Source of the DNA: Gammaproteobacteria bacterium
Lineage (GTDB): Bacteria > Pseudomonadota > Gammaproteobacteria > Pseudomonadales > Azotimanducaceae
Reading direction: 5' to 3'
NCBI GenBank assembly: GCA_038106185.1
Contig: JAYODE010000002.1
Coordinates: 166,282 to 230,281, forward strand
Length of the DNA: 64,000 bases
Every line of letters begins with the position of its first letter. Within the stretch, counting starts at the first letter, position 1. The notes beneath the pieces are model-generated. The model had not been told where the DNA came from. It saw only the letters and a list, made by a program, of their open reading frames with translations, and searched no databases. Positions 18,747 through 28,438 of the stretch are shown here, one piece after another. The position numbers and the translations under genes were made by a program.

Positions 18747-20629
18747 GTCTGGGGCAGACGCAGCTCGCTGAGGCCAAGAATTTTTTGAATCTTCTCGATT
18801 TCGTCTGCAGCTTCTTTCTGTCGCCGCCACATCTCTGCGTAGCTGCCATTAGCGGCCAGCAACGCATTGTGGGTACCCTTTTCGATTACGCGCCCGGCAT
18901 CCAGCACCAGGATCTCATCGGCATTGACAATCGTCGAGAGTCTGTGGGCTATCACAAGCGTCGTGCGATTTTTTGCCACCTCAAGTAACGCCGCCTGGAT
19001 GTCGCGTTCGGTTTTGATATCCAGTGCTGAGGTTGCTTCGTCCAGAACCAAGATGGGTGGATTCTTGAGAATGGTTCGAGCAATCGCAACTCGCTGCTTC
19101 TCGCCGCCCGAGAGTTTCAACCCGCGCTCACCCACTCGAGTCTCATAACCCAAGGGCAAGGAGACGATAAACTCATGAATACTGGCGGTCTTTGCTGCCG
19201 CTTCGACCGCCTCGTCAGAGGCGGTCGGATTACCGTAACGAATGTTGTATCGAATCGTGTCGTTGAACAACACTGCGTCCTGAGGAACTATGCCAATGGC
19301 ATTGCGAAGACTGGCTTGGGTTACAGATTTAATGTTCTGACCATCAATCTCTATCGACCCTGCTTGGATATCGAAAAAGCGATAGAGGAGGCGAGCGAGG
19401 GTCGATTTTCCAGCACCACTGGCACCCACCACCGCCAGGGTTTTGCCCTCAGGAAGGGTGAAATTGATACCCCGCAGTATCTCGCGGTCCGAGTCATAGG
19501 CGAAATGGACGTTGCTGAAAACGAGATTGGCTGCTTTTACGACCAAGGGGTGTGCGCCCTGCTGATCTTGAATCTCTGGTGTTGTATCGAGCAGCTGGAA
19601 CATAAATTCCATGTCCACGAGCGCCTGCCGAATCATGCGATAGGAGGATCCAAGAAACCCCAGGGGAATAAATAATTGCAGCATGAATGTATTCAGCATG
19701 ACGACTTCGCCGGTGGTCAGTAAGCCTGCTGAATAGTCCTGGATTGCGATGATCAGAATCGCCAGTTGACAGGCGACCCTGACGAGTAATTGACCACCAT
19801 TGAGCAGGCCCAGCGTGTTCTGGCTTTTCACTGCAGCATCCATGTAGCGCACCAGGGCATCATTGTAGCGATTGGCCTCATACTGCTCGTTGCCGAAATA
19901 CTTGACGGTTTCAAAATTCAACAGGCTGTCAACGCCGATAGTGGTGGCGCGTGATTCCTGCATCACCATGTCTCGTCGAAAGCGTGTTCGCCACTCAGTA
20001 AATAGCAGAGTGAACAGAATATAAATGGCGACTGCGATCAGGATGACAAGGACATATTTAGGGGGATAAACCGCCGCCAGATAACCACTCACCATGGCGA
20101 TCTCGAACACAGTTGGCGCGATATTGAAGGCGAAGAGGCCAGTCGTCTGTTGTAGTGCTCGAGTGCCACGCTCGATGGCGCGCGAGAGTCCGCCAGTACG
20201 CCGATCCAGGTGAAAGCGCATCCCGAGTTGGTGCAGATGATTGAAGGTTTGCAAGCCCAGGACCCGCTGCGCATACTCCGATACGGGGGTAAAAATTGTG
20301 CTGCGTAACTCATTCAAAGCGCCAGGCAGAAGCACAGTCAAACCGTAGACGAAGGCCAGTGCCCAGAGGCCACTCAAGTCGCCACTGCCTTTTGTCAACG
20401 CCTCCAGAGCATCAATCAGGTCCTTCAGAACGATGGGCCCATAGACGTTGGCGACTCGCCCCAGCAGCAGACAGCCCATAGCAAATACCACTCGTAGCTG
20501 CATCTCCCGGTTATTAGCTGGCCACAGAAATGGTAGGATCGAGCGGATCGTTTGCAGGGCGCTGCGTTTTCTGACACCGTCGACTTCTAACGGGTCGGAG
20601 AACGCCATGTGGTGGGGATTGTGTTCCAT
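18743..20629 (-). CDS. ABC exporter, fused permease-ATPase, of the Atm1/ABCB7/HMT1 type
   Basis: 628 aa with a six-helix TMD. Walker A is GASGAGKST, the signature is LSGGEKQR and Walker B is ILVLDEATS. The N-terminal RSILPFLWP region is typical of bacterial Atm1 homologues. Confidence 0.82.
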   Translation of the reverse strand: MEHNPHHMAFSDPLEVDGVRKRSALQTIRSILPFLWPANNREMQLRVVFAMGCLLLGRVANVYGPIVLKDLIDALEALTKGSGDLSGLWALAFVYGLTVLLPGALNELRSTIFTPVSEYAQRVLGLQTFNHLHQLGMRFHLDRRTGGLSRAIERGTRALQQTTGLFAFNIAPTVFEIAMVSGYLAAVYPPKYVLVILIAVAIYILFTLLFTEWRTRFRRDMVMQESRATTIGVDSLLNFETVKYFGNEQYEANRYNDALVRYMDAAVKSQNTLGLLNGGQLLVRVACQLAILIIAIQDYSAGLLTTGEVVMLNTFMLQLFIPLGFLGSSYRMIRQALVDMEFMFQLLDTTPEIQDQQGAHPLVVKAANLVFSNVHFAYDSDREILRGINFTLPEGKTLAVVGASGAGKSTLARLLYRFFDIQAGSIEIDGQNIKSVTQASLRNAIGIVPQDAVLFNDTIRYNIRYGNPTASDEAVEAAAKTASIHEFIVSLPLGYETRVGERGLKLSGGEKQRVAIARTILKNPPILVLDEATSALDIKTERDIQAALLEVAKNRTTLVIAHRLSTIVNADEILVLDAGRVIEKGTHNALLAANGSYAEMWRRQKEAADEIEKIQKILGLSELRLPQT

Positions 20630-20681
20630 GGGCGCAATCTACTATGAACGTTAGTGTCTGTCTGCCGATTTCATCCTGAGT

Positions 20682-20720
20682 CCTTTGTGCCAGCATGCCA
20701 GTGACGTGCTGGCACAAAGG
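20682..20720. other. Perfect palindrome with 14-bp arms, CCTTTGTGCCAGCA-N11-TGCTGGCACAAAGG
   Basis: Read directly. It lies in the divergent spacer between the ABC exporter start (20629) and tsaE. An extra TGCCAG copy sits in the loop. Confidence 0.7.
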
Positions 20721-20834
20721 GATTTTCGCTCAAATTACGCGTCCAGGTGTCGTATACTGTGAGGCCATGGCAAATCTAGAAAATAATCAATGGCATGCGC
20801 GGCTGAGTCAAGCGCTGAGGCTGGGAGTCTGACC

Positions 20835-21305
20835 GTGGGCGTCTATGCGCAAAGTCTGGTCGATGAGCAGGCTACTGAAGCCCTGGGTCGGCGTCTCGGC
20901 GGCCTGTTAAAGGGTAAAGGGGTCGTCTATCTGGTGGGTGAGTTGGGGGCTGGCAAGACAACCTTGTCACGAGGTATTTTGCGAGGCATGGGTCATACCG
21001 GCTCCGTCAAGAGTCCAACATTTACGCTGGTAGAGCCCTATGAGATGGGAGAGCGGGCGGTCTATCATTTCGATCTCTATCGCCTGACAGATCCCGAAGA
21101 GCTTGAGTACCTGGGGATTGATGACTATCTGGAAGGCGGGCACCTCTGCCTGCTGGAGTGGCCGGAAAAGGGCATTGGGCATATACCTTCAAGTGATCTG
21201 ACAATTGAGTTGGGGGTGCCGGCAAGAGGCCGTTCGGTGGTGATTACGGCAAACTCACCATTCGGTGAACAAATTTGTCGTGGTCTGGTAGAATTCGACG
21301 CATGA
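20835..21305 (+). CDS. tsaE: tRNA t6A37 threonylcarbamoyltransferase complex ATPase subunit
   Basis: P-loop GELGAGKTT, and DLYR and EWPE motifs. GTG 20835 has a GGGAG Shine-Dalgarno 7 nt upstream. The ORF track extends to ATG 20790. Confidence 0.85.
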   Translation: MGVYAQSLVDEQATEALGRRLGGLLKGKGVVYLVGELGAGKTTLSRGILRGMGHTGSVKSPTFTLVEPYEMGERAVYHFDLYRLTDPEELEYLGIDDYLEGGHLCLLEWPEKGIGHIPSSDLTIELGVPARGRSVVITANSPFGEQICRGLVEFDA

Positions 21306-22684
21306 TCGTTTCCGAGAAGATGCAGGGCATGACGCCAACTCGGTTCACCAGGAAAAATAACGGCCTGCTGCTGTCGCTCTTGATATTGACGATGCTAAGC
21401 GGCGTGGGCCGGCTTGCCCTCGCGAATCCAGTCGCCATCGACGGCGTCAGAATGCGCCTGTCACCCGATCGCACCCGCATAGTTTTCGACTTGAGTGCGC
21501 CTGTCGAGCACCGGATTTTTGCACTCACCGATCCTCAGCGTCTGGTCATAGATATCGATGGCGCGGCCCTTGAACAAGACGTTGAAGCCCTTGACCTGGA
21601 GGGGACCCCGATCAGCGCAGTCCGCGCCGCTGTTCGTGATAATAATGACTTGCGCGTTGTGCTTGATCTGCGTGATGAAGTCAAACCTCGAAGTTTTATG
21701 CTGACGCCGATTATGCAATATGGTGACCGTTTGGTGGTTGACCTCTATACGCCTGAGCAGCAATTGGCACCCAGTATCCCAAAAGGAGACCTTATTGCCA
21801 GTCAGATGCGGGACGTGGTGATAGCGATAGACGCAGGCCATGGTGGCGATGACCCTGGCGCGATCGGCCCAGGCAAGCTCTACGAAAAGGATGTGGTGCT
21901 TGCCATCGCTAATCAGCTTTCTAACTTGTTTGACCAAGAACCTGGCTTTAAGGCGTCGATGACCCGCAAGGGCGATTATTATCTGGCCCACCGCAAACGA
22001 ACCGATATAGCTCGTCAAGTTGAAGCTGATGTTTTTCTCTCTATTCATGCAGATGCTTTTATGACCGCGTCTGCCAGTGGCGCATCGGTCTACGTAATCT
22101 CTCAAAAAGGGGCGACCAGTGAAACAGCGCGCTGGTTGGCTGAAAAAGAAAATCGAGCAGACCTGATCGGTGGCGTTGGGCTTGACGACAAAGATGACTT
22201 GCTCGCCGGTGTGTTATTGGATTTGACTATGACCCACAGTTTATCGGCCAGCTTGGAAATGGGGCAGGAGGTCCTGAATGCGATAAAACCAGTCAATCGG
22301 CTGCATAAGAAGCAGGTTGAGCAGGCGGCATTTATGGTGCTTAAGTCGCCAGACATACCATCATTGTTGATCGAGACCGGCTTTATCTCGAATCCGGCCG
22401 AGGCAGGCAAATTAAAAACCCGAGCCCATCAGACTCGAATGGCCAAGGCAATCTTTTCGGGCGTCAAAAATTATGTGTCTCAGCATCCGCCCCTGGGCTC
22501 TTACCTGGCATGGAAAAATCAGGCTAACCCCGGTGAATTGGCGACCTACAAAATAGTCCGAGGCGACACCTTGTCAGCCATTGCAGTGAAGCATAGTGTC
22601 AGCGCCGAGCGTTTGAAAACCTTCAATGGTTTAATTGATGACCGAATTAAAATCGGTCAGTTACTCAAAATTCCGACGAGCTGA
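21302..22684 (+). CDS. amiB: N-acetylmuramoyl-L-alanine amidase with AMIN-like N-terminus and C-terminal LysM
   Basis: Signal peptide, Amidase_3 motif AIDAGHGGDDPGA, and C-terminal LysM (YKIVRGDTLSAIAVKH). ATG 21302 overlaps the tsaE stop (ATGA). ATG 21320 and 21329 are alternative starts. Confidence 0.85.
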   Translation: MIVSEKMQGMTPTRFTRKNNGLLLSLLILTMLSGVGRLALANPVAIDGVRMRLSPDRTRIVFDLSAPVEHRIFALTDPQRLVIDIDGAALEQDVEALDLEGTPISAVRAAVRDNNDLRVVLDLRDEVKPRSFMLTPIMQYGDRLVVDLYTPEQQLAPSIPKGDLIASQMRDVVIAIDAGHGGDDPGAIGPGKLYEKDVVLAIANQLSNLFDQEPGFKASMTRKGDYYLAHRKRTDIARQVEADVFLSIHADAFMTASASGASVYVISQKGATSETARWLAEKENRADLIGGVGLDDKDDLLAGVLLDLTMTHSLSASLEMGQEVLNAIKPVNRLHKKQVEQAAFMVLKSPDIPSLLIETGFISNPAEAGKLKTRAHQTRMAKAIFSGVKNYVSQHPPLGSYLAWKNQANPGELATYKIVRGDTLSAIAVKHSVSAERLKTFNGLIDDRIKIGQLLKIPTS

Positions 22685-22702
22685 AGTCTCTGGACTAATC
22701 TT

Positions 22703-24538
22703 ATGCAACGGATCATGCAATTGAATTCGCGGTTATCGAATCAAATCGCTGCTGGTGAGGTCGTCGAGCGGCCGGCCTCCGTGATTAAGGAGCTGCTGGA
22801 AAACAGCCTCGATGCGGGTAGCACCAGAATCGATATTGACCTCGAGGATGGGGGTATCAAGCTTATTCGGGTCAGGGATAACGGCGCTGGAATCCATGAT
22901 CAGGATCTGACCCTGGCCTTGAGTCGTCATGCCACGAGCAAGATAAGGGAGACTGAAGACCTGGAGGCGATATCGACATTGGGTTTTCGAGGAGAGGCTT
23001 TGGCGAGCATGGCGTCGGTGTCCCGGCTGACGCTAACCAGCAATGCCACTGATGACAAGGCCGCTGGCTGGCGAGTCAGCGTCGCCGGTCAGGATATGCG
23101 GGCCAGTGTTGTGCCAGCGCCGCATCCTCGCGGCACCAGCGTCGAGGTCAAGGATCTATTCTTCAACACGCCAGCCCGACGGAAGTTTTTGCGAACCGAA
23201 AAAACCGAATTACAGCGCATTGAAGATGTCTTACGAAAACTGAGTCTTAGCCATCTGCAGGTAGCCATATATCTGCATCATAACGGCAAATTAGTACGTC
23301 ATTTTGCCCCAGCACTGAACGAGGAGGACGTCACTCGCCGCCTTGCTGCGGTGTTTGGTCAGGGTTTTATCGAGAACGCCATTTATCTCGAACAGGCCTT
23401 TCCCGTGGAGCAAGGCGGCGCAGGTCTGCAGCTCCGTGGCTGGATTGGGCTGCCCACCTATTCCCGGGGCCAGGCCGACCAGCAATACTTTTATGTCAAC
23501 GGTCGAATGATTCGCGACAAGTTGGTCACGCACGCCATCAAACAAGCCTATCAAGATGTCCTGTTTCATGGTCGCCAGCCGGTGTATGCACTCTTTTTGT
23601 CAGTGGATCCGCGGCTGGTGGATGTTAATGTCCATCCGACCAAGCACGAAGTGAGGTTCCGTAATGGCCGCGATATACACAGCTTTCTGTTTAGCGCCAT
23701 TCATCGAGCGCTGGCCGACGTTCGGCCGGAGGCGAGCGCCGGTGTCAGGCTTCACTCAGAGGCGGGGGCAAGTTTTGCCGGACCAGGCCCATTGGCGGCC
23801 AGTAGCGCTGCGCTGCCACCGACACCAACTCAACGGGCCATGATGTTTTCCGGACCTACTCGATCAGGGTTTGTTGGAGAGCAGCTGCGGCCGTACGGGC
23901 AGATGCTGAATTCGGCCTGGTCAGAGAATGACGAGCCAGCGGCTACGGAAGACGTGCCGCCGCTGGGCTATGCAGTTGCTCAGCTACATGGTGTTTTTAT
24001 CTTGGCCCAGAACGCTCATGGTCTGATCATTGTTGACATGCATGCTGCGCACGAGCGCATTACCTATGAGCGTCTCAAGCAAGCGACTGATGCCGAAGGT
24101 TTAAAAATGCAACCATTGTTAGTGCCGGTTTCGGTTGTCATGAGCGAAAGAGAGTGCGCAATGGTGGAAGAACACAGCGCACAATTGCTGGAATTTGGTT
24201 TTGAATTGCAGCGGGTTTCTGAAGAATCCATCATGGTGAGGAGCATTCCCGCCATGTTGCGAAAGGAGAATGCCGGGCAGCTGGTTCGTGATGTTCTTGC
24301 TGATCTGGCGGAGTACGGCAGCACTGCTCGAATTCAGCAACATCGAGATGAGCTGTTGTCGACGATGGCGTGTCACGGCTCGGTGCGTGCTAACAGACGT
24401 CTTTCAATCCCTGAGATGAATGCCCTGCTTCGTGACATGGAGGCGACTGAACGAAGCGGTCAGTGCAATCATGGTCGTCCAACCTGGACAGAGTTGTCCA
24501 TTGAGGATCTCAATAAATTATTCCTGCGCGGTCAGTAA
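22703..24538 (+). CDS. mutL: DNA mismatch repair protein MutL
   Basis: 611 aa with the GHKL N-terminus [27 protein letters not shown]. The C-terminal dimerisation domain ends in GRPTW. Confidence 0.93.
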   Translation: MQRIMQLNSRLSNQIAAGEVVERPASVIKELLENSLDAGSTRIDIDLEDGGIKLIRVRDNGAGIHDQDLTLALSRHATSKIRETEDLEAISTLGFRGEALASMASVSRLTLTSNATDDKAAGWRVSVAGQDMRASVVPAPHPRGTSVEVKDLFFNTPARRKFLRTEKTELQRIEDVLRKLSLSHLQVAIYLHHNGKLVRHFAPALNEEDVTRRLAAVFGQGFIENAIYLEQAFPVEQGGAGLQLRGWIGLPTYSRGQADQQYFYVNGRMIRDKLVTHAIKQAYQDVLFHGRQPVYALFLSVDPRLVDVNVHPTKHEVRFRNGRDIHSFLFSAIHRALADVRPEASAGVRLHSEAGASFAGPGPLAASSAALPPTPTQRAMMFSGPTRSGFVGEQLRPYGQMLNSAWSENDEPAATEDVPPLGYAVAQLHGVFILAQNAHGLIIVDMHAAHERITYERLKQATDAEGLKMQPLLVPVSVVMSERECAMVEEHSAQLLEFGFELQRVSEESIMVRSIPAMLRKENAGQLVRDVLADLAEYGSTARIQQHRDELLSTMACHGSVRANRRLSIPEMNALLRDMEATERSGQCNHGRPTWTELSIEDLNKLFLRGQ

Positions 24539-24542
24539 GCCA

Positions 24543-25478
24543 GTGCGCCCTGGCCAGCCGCCGGCTATTTTTTTAATGGGACCGACCGCCTCTGGCAAGT
24601 CGACTTTGGCACTTGAGCTGGCTGATCAGCTGCCGGTAGAAATTATCAGCGTAGATTCAGCGCTCGTATACCGGCGCATGGACATAGGTACCGCTAAGCC
24701 CAGTGAGCAAGTTTTGGCCAAATACCCCCACCATCTTGTGAATATTCGCGAGCCATTTGAGACCTATTCTGTCGCTGAGTTCAGAGCTGCCGCGTTGGCG
24801 GCGATGGCTGATATCACGGCAAGGGGCAAGATCCCGTTGTTGGTAGGCGGAACCATGCTGTATTTCAAGGCGCTGAAAACAGGGCTGGCGGAAATGCCGG
24901 CAGCCGATCTTGAAGTGCGAGCAGCTATCGCTCGAATGGCAAGCGAACAGGGCTGGGCGGCAGTCCACCGGCGTCTTGCCGAGGTTGACGGGGAGTCAGC
25001 CCAGCGGATTCACGTGAATGATCCGCAACGCCTATCTCGTGCGCTGGAGGTCTATGAGCTCACAGGGCGAAGCATGACGGAATGGCATGCTGAGCAACAG
25101 CAGGCAAGACTCCCATACAGTTGCTGTGAACTCGCGATTGTGCCGCCTGATCGAGCGGCCCTGCATCAATTGATCGCCCTAAGATTTCAGCAAATGCTGG
25201 ACCAGGGATTTGTTGACGAGGTTCGTGACTTGCGCCTGCAACAGGTCCTTTTCAGCGACCTGCCGGCCATGCGGTCAGTGGGCTATCGTCAGGTGTGGCG
25301 GTACCTAGACGGTGCCCTGTCATATGCCGAGATGGTTGACGCGGCTGTCGTTGCCACTCGGCAACTGGCAAAACGCCAATATACCTGGTTACGAGGCTGG
25401 ACTGCATTGCAACAAATCGATACGCCTGACGTCGGCCAGACCTTGAAAATCCTGCAGTCCAACATCATATTAGACTGA
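24543..25478 (+). CDS. miaA: tRNA dimethylallyltransferase
   Basis: P-loop GPTASGKS directly after the start. I chose GTG 24543 because the longer ORF (from 24420) would overlap mutL by 119 nt. Confidence 0.88.
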   Translation: MRPGQPPAIFLMGPTASGKSTLALELADQLPVEIISVDSALVYRRMDIGTAKPSEQVLAKYPHHLVNIREPFETYSVAEFRAAALAAMADITARGKIPLLVGGTMLYFKALKTGLAEMPAADLEVRAAIARMASEQGWAAVHRRLAEVDGESAQRIHVNDPQRLSRALEVYELTGRSMTEWHAEQQQARLPYSCCELAIVPPDRAALHQLIALRFQQMLDQGFVDEVRDLRLQQVLFSDLPAMRSVGYRQVWRYLDGALSYAEMVDAAVVATRQLAKRQYTWLRGWTALQQIDTPDVGQTLKILQSNIILD

Positions 25479-25615
25479 CGTAAAAACTGACCACTACCGG
25501 TTGCGCTGCTGATAGGTAAAACCTCTCAAAGGCAGGGCAGGCTGTATTTTCATCGGTATCCTTCATTGGTATCAACGGCGTCCTGCTCTGCAGGGCAACA
25601 GGCTAGGAGAACAAA

Positions 25616-25861
25616 ATGTCAAAAGGGCAGTCGCTACAAGACCCTTTTTTGAATGCACTCAGAAAAGATCGCGTGCCGGTATCCATTTACCTGGTCAGCG
25701 GCATTAAATTGCAGGGCCAAATAGAAGCCTTTGATCAATTTGTGATCCTGTTGCGTAATACCGTGAGCCAAATGATTTATAAATCGGCGATTTCTACTGT
25801 TGTGCCGGCCCGAAATGTTAATATATCCGCTCTGGCGGGTGATGAAGATATCGACGACTGA
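25616..25861 (+). CDS. hfq: RNA chaperone Hfq
   Basis: 81 aa. The Sm1/Sm2 motifs read [39 protein letters not shown]. Confidence 0.95.
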   Translation: MSKGQSLQDPFLNALRKDRVPVSIYLVSGIKLQGQIEAFDQFVILLRNTVSQMIYKSAISTVVPARNVNISALAGDEDIDD

Positions 25862-25895
25862 GGAGCATAGTGATTGCTGCGCGGGGTTAATAATT

Positions 25896-27212
25896 TTGTG
25901 GTTTGAGAGACCTGAAGCTGGCACTCAGGCGCTATTGGTACATCTGGTGGAGGCAGACTCCTCAGCCTCAGAATTTACTGAGCTGGTGCTTTCCGCTGGA
26001 CTCGTGCCGGCAGAATGCATCCACGTTAAACGTCGCAGTGCGCATCCCAAAACCTATGTGGGAACGGGCAAGCTGCAGGAGCTCAGGACCTTGGCAGACG
26101 CCTGTGGTGCTGAGCTGGTGATTTTTGATCAGGATCTGACACCGACCCAAGAACGTAACATTGAGGCGGCTTTAGCGCGCCGAGTCATGGGTCGCACGGG
26201 TTTGATTCTCGATATCTTCGGGCAACGGGCAAGAACCCATGAGGGCCAGCTTCAGGTCGAGCTGGCGCAGCTGCAGCATATGTCGACACGCCTGGTGCGC
26301 GGTTGGACCCACCTGGACCGTCAGCGCGGCGGTTCAGGGCGTGGTCAGGGCTCTTCCATGGGTGTGACAGGTACGGGTGAAACCCAGCTAGAGTCGGATC
26401 AGCGAATACTGCGTACACGGGTGAAACATATCAATCAGCAACTCGACAAGGTGCGTAAGCAGCGCACCCAAAACCGCCGGTCTCGAGTTCGCGCGGATAT
26501 CCGCTCTGTGTCTTTGGTAGGTTATACCAACGCGGGTAAGTCGACCCTGTTCAATCGCCTGTGTGATGCGCACGTCCATGCGGCTGACCAACTCTTTGCG
26601 ACCCTTGACCCGACCTTGCGACAGCTTGATTTACCCGTCATTGGCAAAGCGATTCTCACTGATACGGTAGGGTTCATTCGCAGCTTGCCCCATGGTCTGG
26701 TTAAGGCATTTCGAGCGACCTTGGAAGAAGTTGAGCAGGCGGATTTGTTGTTGCATGTGGTGGATGCGGTCTCGGCCGACAAGGAGCATCAGATGCATGA
26801 AGTCAATGGTGTGCTGGAGGAGATAGGCGCACAGGCGGTGCCGCAGCTACTCGTGTATAACAAGATCGACCTGATCGATGAAGTGCCGAGGGTAGATCGC
26901 GACGCCAGCGGCCTGCCGGTCAGGGTCTGGATTTCCAGTATCAGTGGTGCCGGCGTTGATCTGTTGATTGAGGCGATTAGTGAGCTGTTAGGGCAGCAGG
27001 TTATCGAGACCACTGTGCGGCTGGAGCCCCATGAAGGCCAATTGCGTGCTGAATTGTTCTCGCTGGGGGCAGTGCTGGGCGAGGAGACACAAGCCGATGG
27101 CACTATGAGCCTGCAGTTGAGAATAGAACGGCAGAGCCTGCAAAGGCTGGGTAGACGGCTATTAAGTCCGGGAGTTGCTCTGGCGGGGATAGCTGGCACT
27201 GAAATTAACTGA
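25896..27212 (+). CDS. hflX: GTPase HflX
   Basis: G1 GYTNAGKST, G3 DTVGF and G4 NKID. TTG 25896 gives FERPEAG at the N-terminus, as in other HflX proteins. The ORF-track start at 25800 overlaps hfq. Confidence 0.88.
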   Translation: MWFERPEAGTQALLVHLVEADSSASEFTELVLSAGLVPAECIHVKRRSAHPKTYVGTGKLQELRTLADACGAELVIFDQDLTPTQERNIEAALARRVMGRTGLILDIFGQRARTHEGQLQVELAQLQHMSTRLVRGWTHLDRQRGGSGRGQGSSMGVTGTGETQLESDQRILRTRVKHINQQLDKVRKQRTQNRRSRVRADIRSVSLVGYTNAGKSTLFNRLCDAHVHAADQLFATLDPTLRQLDLPVIGKAILTDTVGFIRSLPHGLVKAFRATLEEVEQADLLLHVVDAVSADKEHQMHEVNGVLEEIGAQAVPQLLVYNKIDLIDEVPRVDRDASGLPVRVWISSISGAGVDLLIEAISELLGQQVIETTVRLEPHEGQLRAELFSLGAVLGEETQADGTMSLQLRIERQSLQRLGRRLLSPGVALAGIAGTEIN

Positions 27213-27289
27213 AATCGATGCATGATTATTATGCCGATTAGTGGGAAACTGTAAGTTTTCCAATTCGGAAAACACCAACGGAGAGAGTT

Positions 27290-28438
27290 ATGGCCTGGAA
27301 TGAGCCTGGTGGCGGCAATCAGGGAGACAAAGATCCTTGGGGAAAGCGGGATGATCAAGGTCCCCCTGACTTAGACGAAGCGTTTCGCAAATTACAGAGT
27401 AATCTCAGCGAAATGTTCGGCGGCAAAAAAAGTGGCGGAACTGGCGGCAGCGGTAGCGGCGCTCCAGCGTTCAGCAAGAATGTTCTGGGTCTCGCGTTCG
27501 TCGTGCTGTTGGCGATCTGGGGATTTGCAGGTATTTACACGATCGATGAGCAGGAGAGCGGTGTCGTACTGCGATTTGGCAAGGTTCAGGATGAGATTCT
27601 GAGTCCCGGTTTACACTGGAACCCGCCGCTGATCGATAAGGTATTGTCGACCAATGTTACGCGCGTGAGGTCCAGACCTCACGATTCCGAGATGTTGACG
27701 GAAGATGAGAATATCGTGATTGTGAAGATGTCGGTGCAGTATGTGGTCAGCGATGTGTTGCAATACTTGCTGCGAGTGCGTGATCCCGATGAGAGCCTGT
27801 ATCAGGCAACGGAAAGTGCGCTGCGGCATGAAGTGGGTAGTTCTTTAATGAACCAGGTTCTCACTGAGGGTCGAGCTGAATTGGGCGACAGGGTCAAGGT
27901 CCGTATTCAGGATTATATGAACCGCTACGGTACCGGTATCGAAGTCACTCAGGTCAATATCGACGAGACAGCGCCACCAGATGCCGTTCGTGCGGCGTTT
28001 GATGACGTGATTAAAGCCCGAGAAGATGAAGTGCGGGTCCGTAATGAAGCCAGTGCCTTCTCTAACCAGGTGATTCCTGAGGCTCGAGGCGAAGCGCAAC
28101 GTCTGATTGAGGAGTCGCTGGGCTATAAAGAACGTGTCATCGCGCAGGCACGGGGTGAAGCGGAACGTTTTAACAAGCTCTATGCCGAATACAAGCTCGC
28201 TCCGGATGTAACTCGTGAACGAATCTACATTGATACGATTGAGTCGGTGATGGCTAACAGCACCAAGGTCATGGTGGATGTCGAGGGTGGAAACAACATG
28301 ATGTACCTACCCCTCGACAAGATCATGGAGCGTCGCGGTAGTACTGGTGGCAATCCGGGCATGACCAATGAAAGCGGCAATAATCCGGTTGAGCGCGTCG
28401 ATACTTCGCGCCGACCTAGCAGCAGGAGGGATCGATAA
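27290..28438 (+). CDS. hflK: FtsH protease modulator HflK
   Basis: 382 aa with an N-terminal Gly-rich tail, one TM helix and an SPFH/band-7 domain. It lies upstream of hflC. Confidence 0.9.
   Translation: MAWNEPGGGNQGDKDPWGKRDDQGPPDLDEAFRKLQSNLSEMFGGKKSGGTGGSGSGAPAFSKNVLGLAFVVLLAIWGFAGIYTIDEQESGVVLRFGKVQDEILSPGLHWNPPLIDKVLSTNVTRVRSRPHDSEMLTEDENIVIVKMSVQYVVSDVLQYLLRVRDPDESLYQATESALRHEVGSSLMNQVLTEGRAELGDRVKVRIQDYMNRYGTGIEVTQVNIDETAPPDAVRAAFDDVIKAREDEVRVRNEASAFSNQVIPEARGEAQRLIEESLGYKERVIAQARGEAERFNKLYAEYKLAPDVTRERIYIDTIESVMANSTKVMVDVEGGNNMMYLPLDKIMERRGSTGGNPGMTNESGNNPVERVDTSRRPSSRRDR

Noticed and set aside
20707-20730. TGGCAC in the right arm of the palindrome as a sigma-54 -24 element
   Set aside because: Ten nt downstream of the GG there is TT, not the required GC, so there is no -12 element.
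21461-22105. Long antisense or alternative-frame ORFs of 140-220 aa. Examples are 21461-22105, 26789-27358, 43909-44553, 44061-44732, 45145-45693, 47344-47850, 47756-48262, 42747-43256 and 33685-34266.
   Set aside because: Each lies fully inside a strongly supported conserved gene on the other strand or frame. Their compositions are Arg/Pro/Ser-rich shadow-ORF type, as expected in moderately GC-rich DNA.
24420-24542. N-terminal extensions of several ORF-track entries: miaA 24420, hflX 25800, ribD 45656, xseB 54426, ispA 54107, aspartic protease 49228, cytochrome c-prime 54469, radA 42023 and tsaE 20790
   Set aside because: The extensions overlap the preceding gene or add sequence with no similarity to the family. 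Internal starts give canonical N-termini and often have Shine-Dalgarno sequences or start/stop overlap with the upstream gene, so the shorter models were used.
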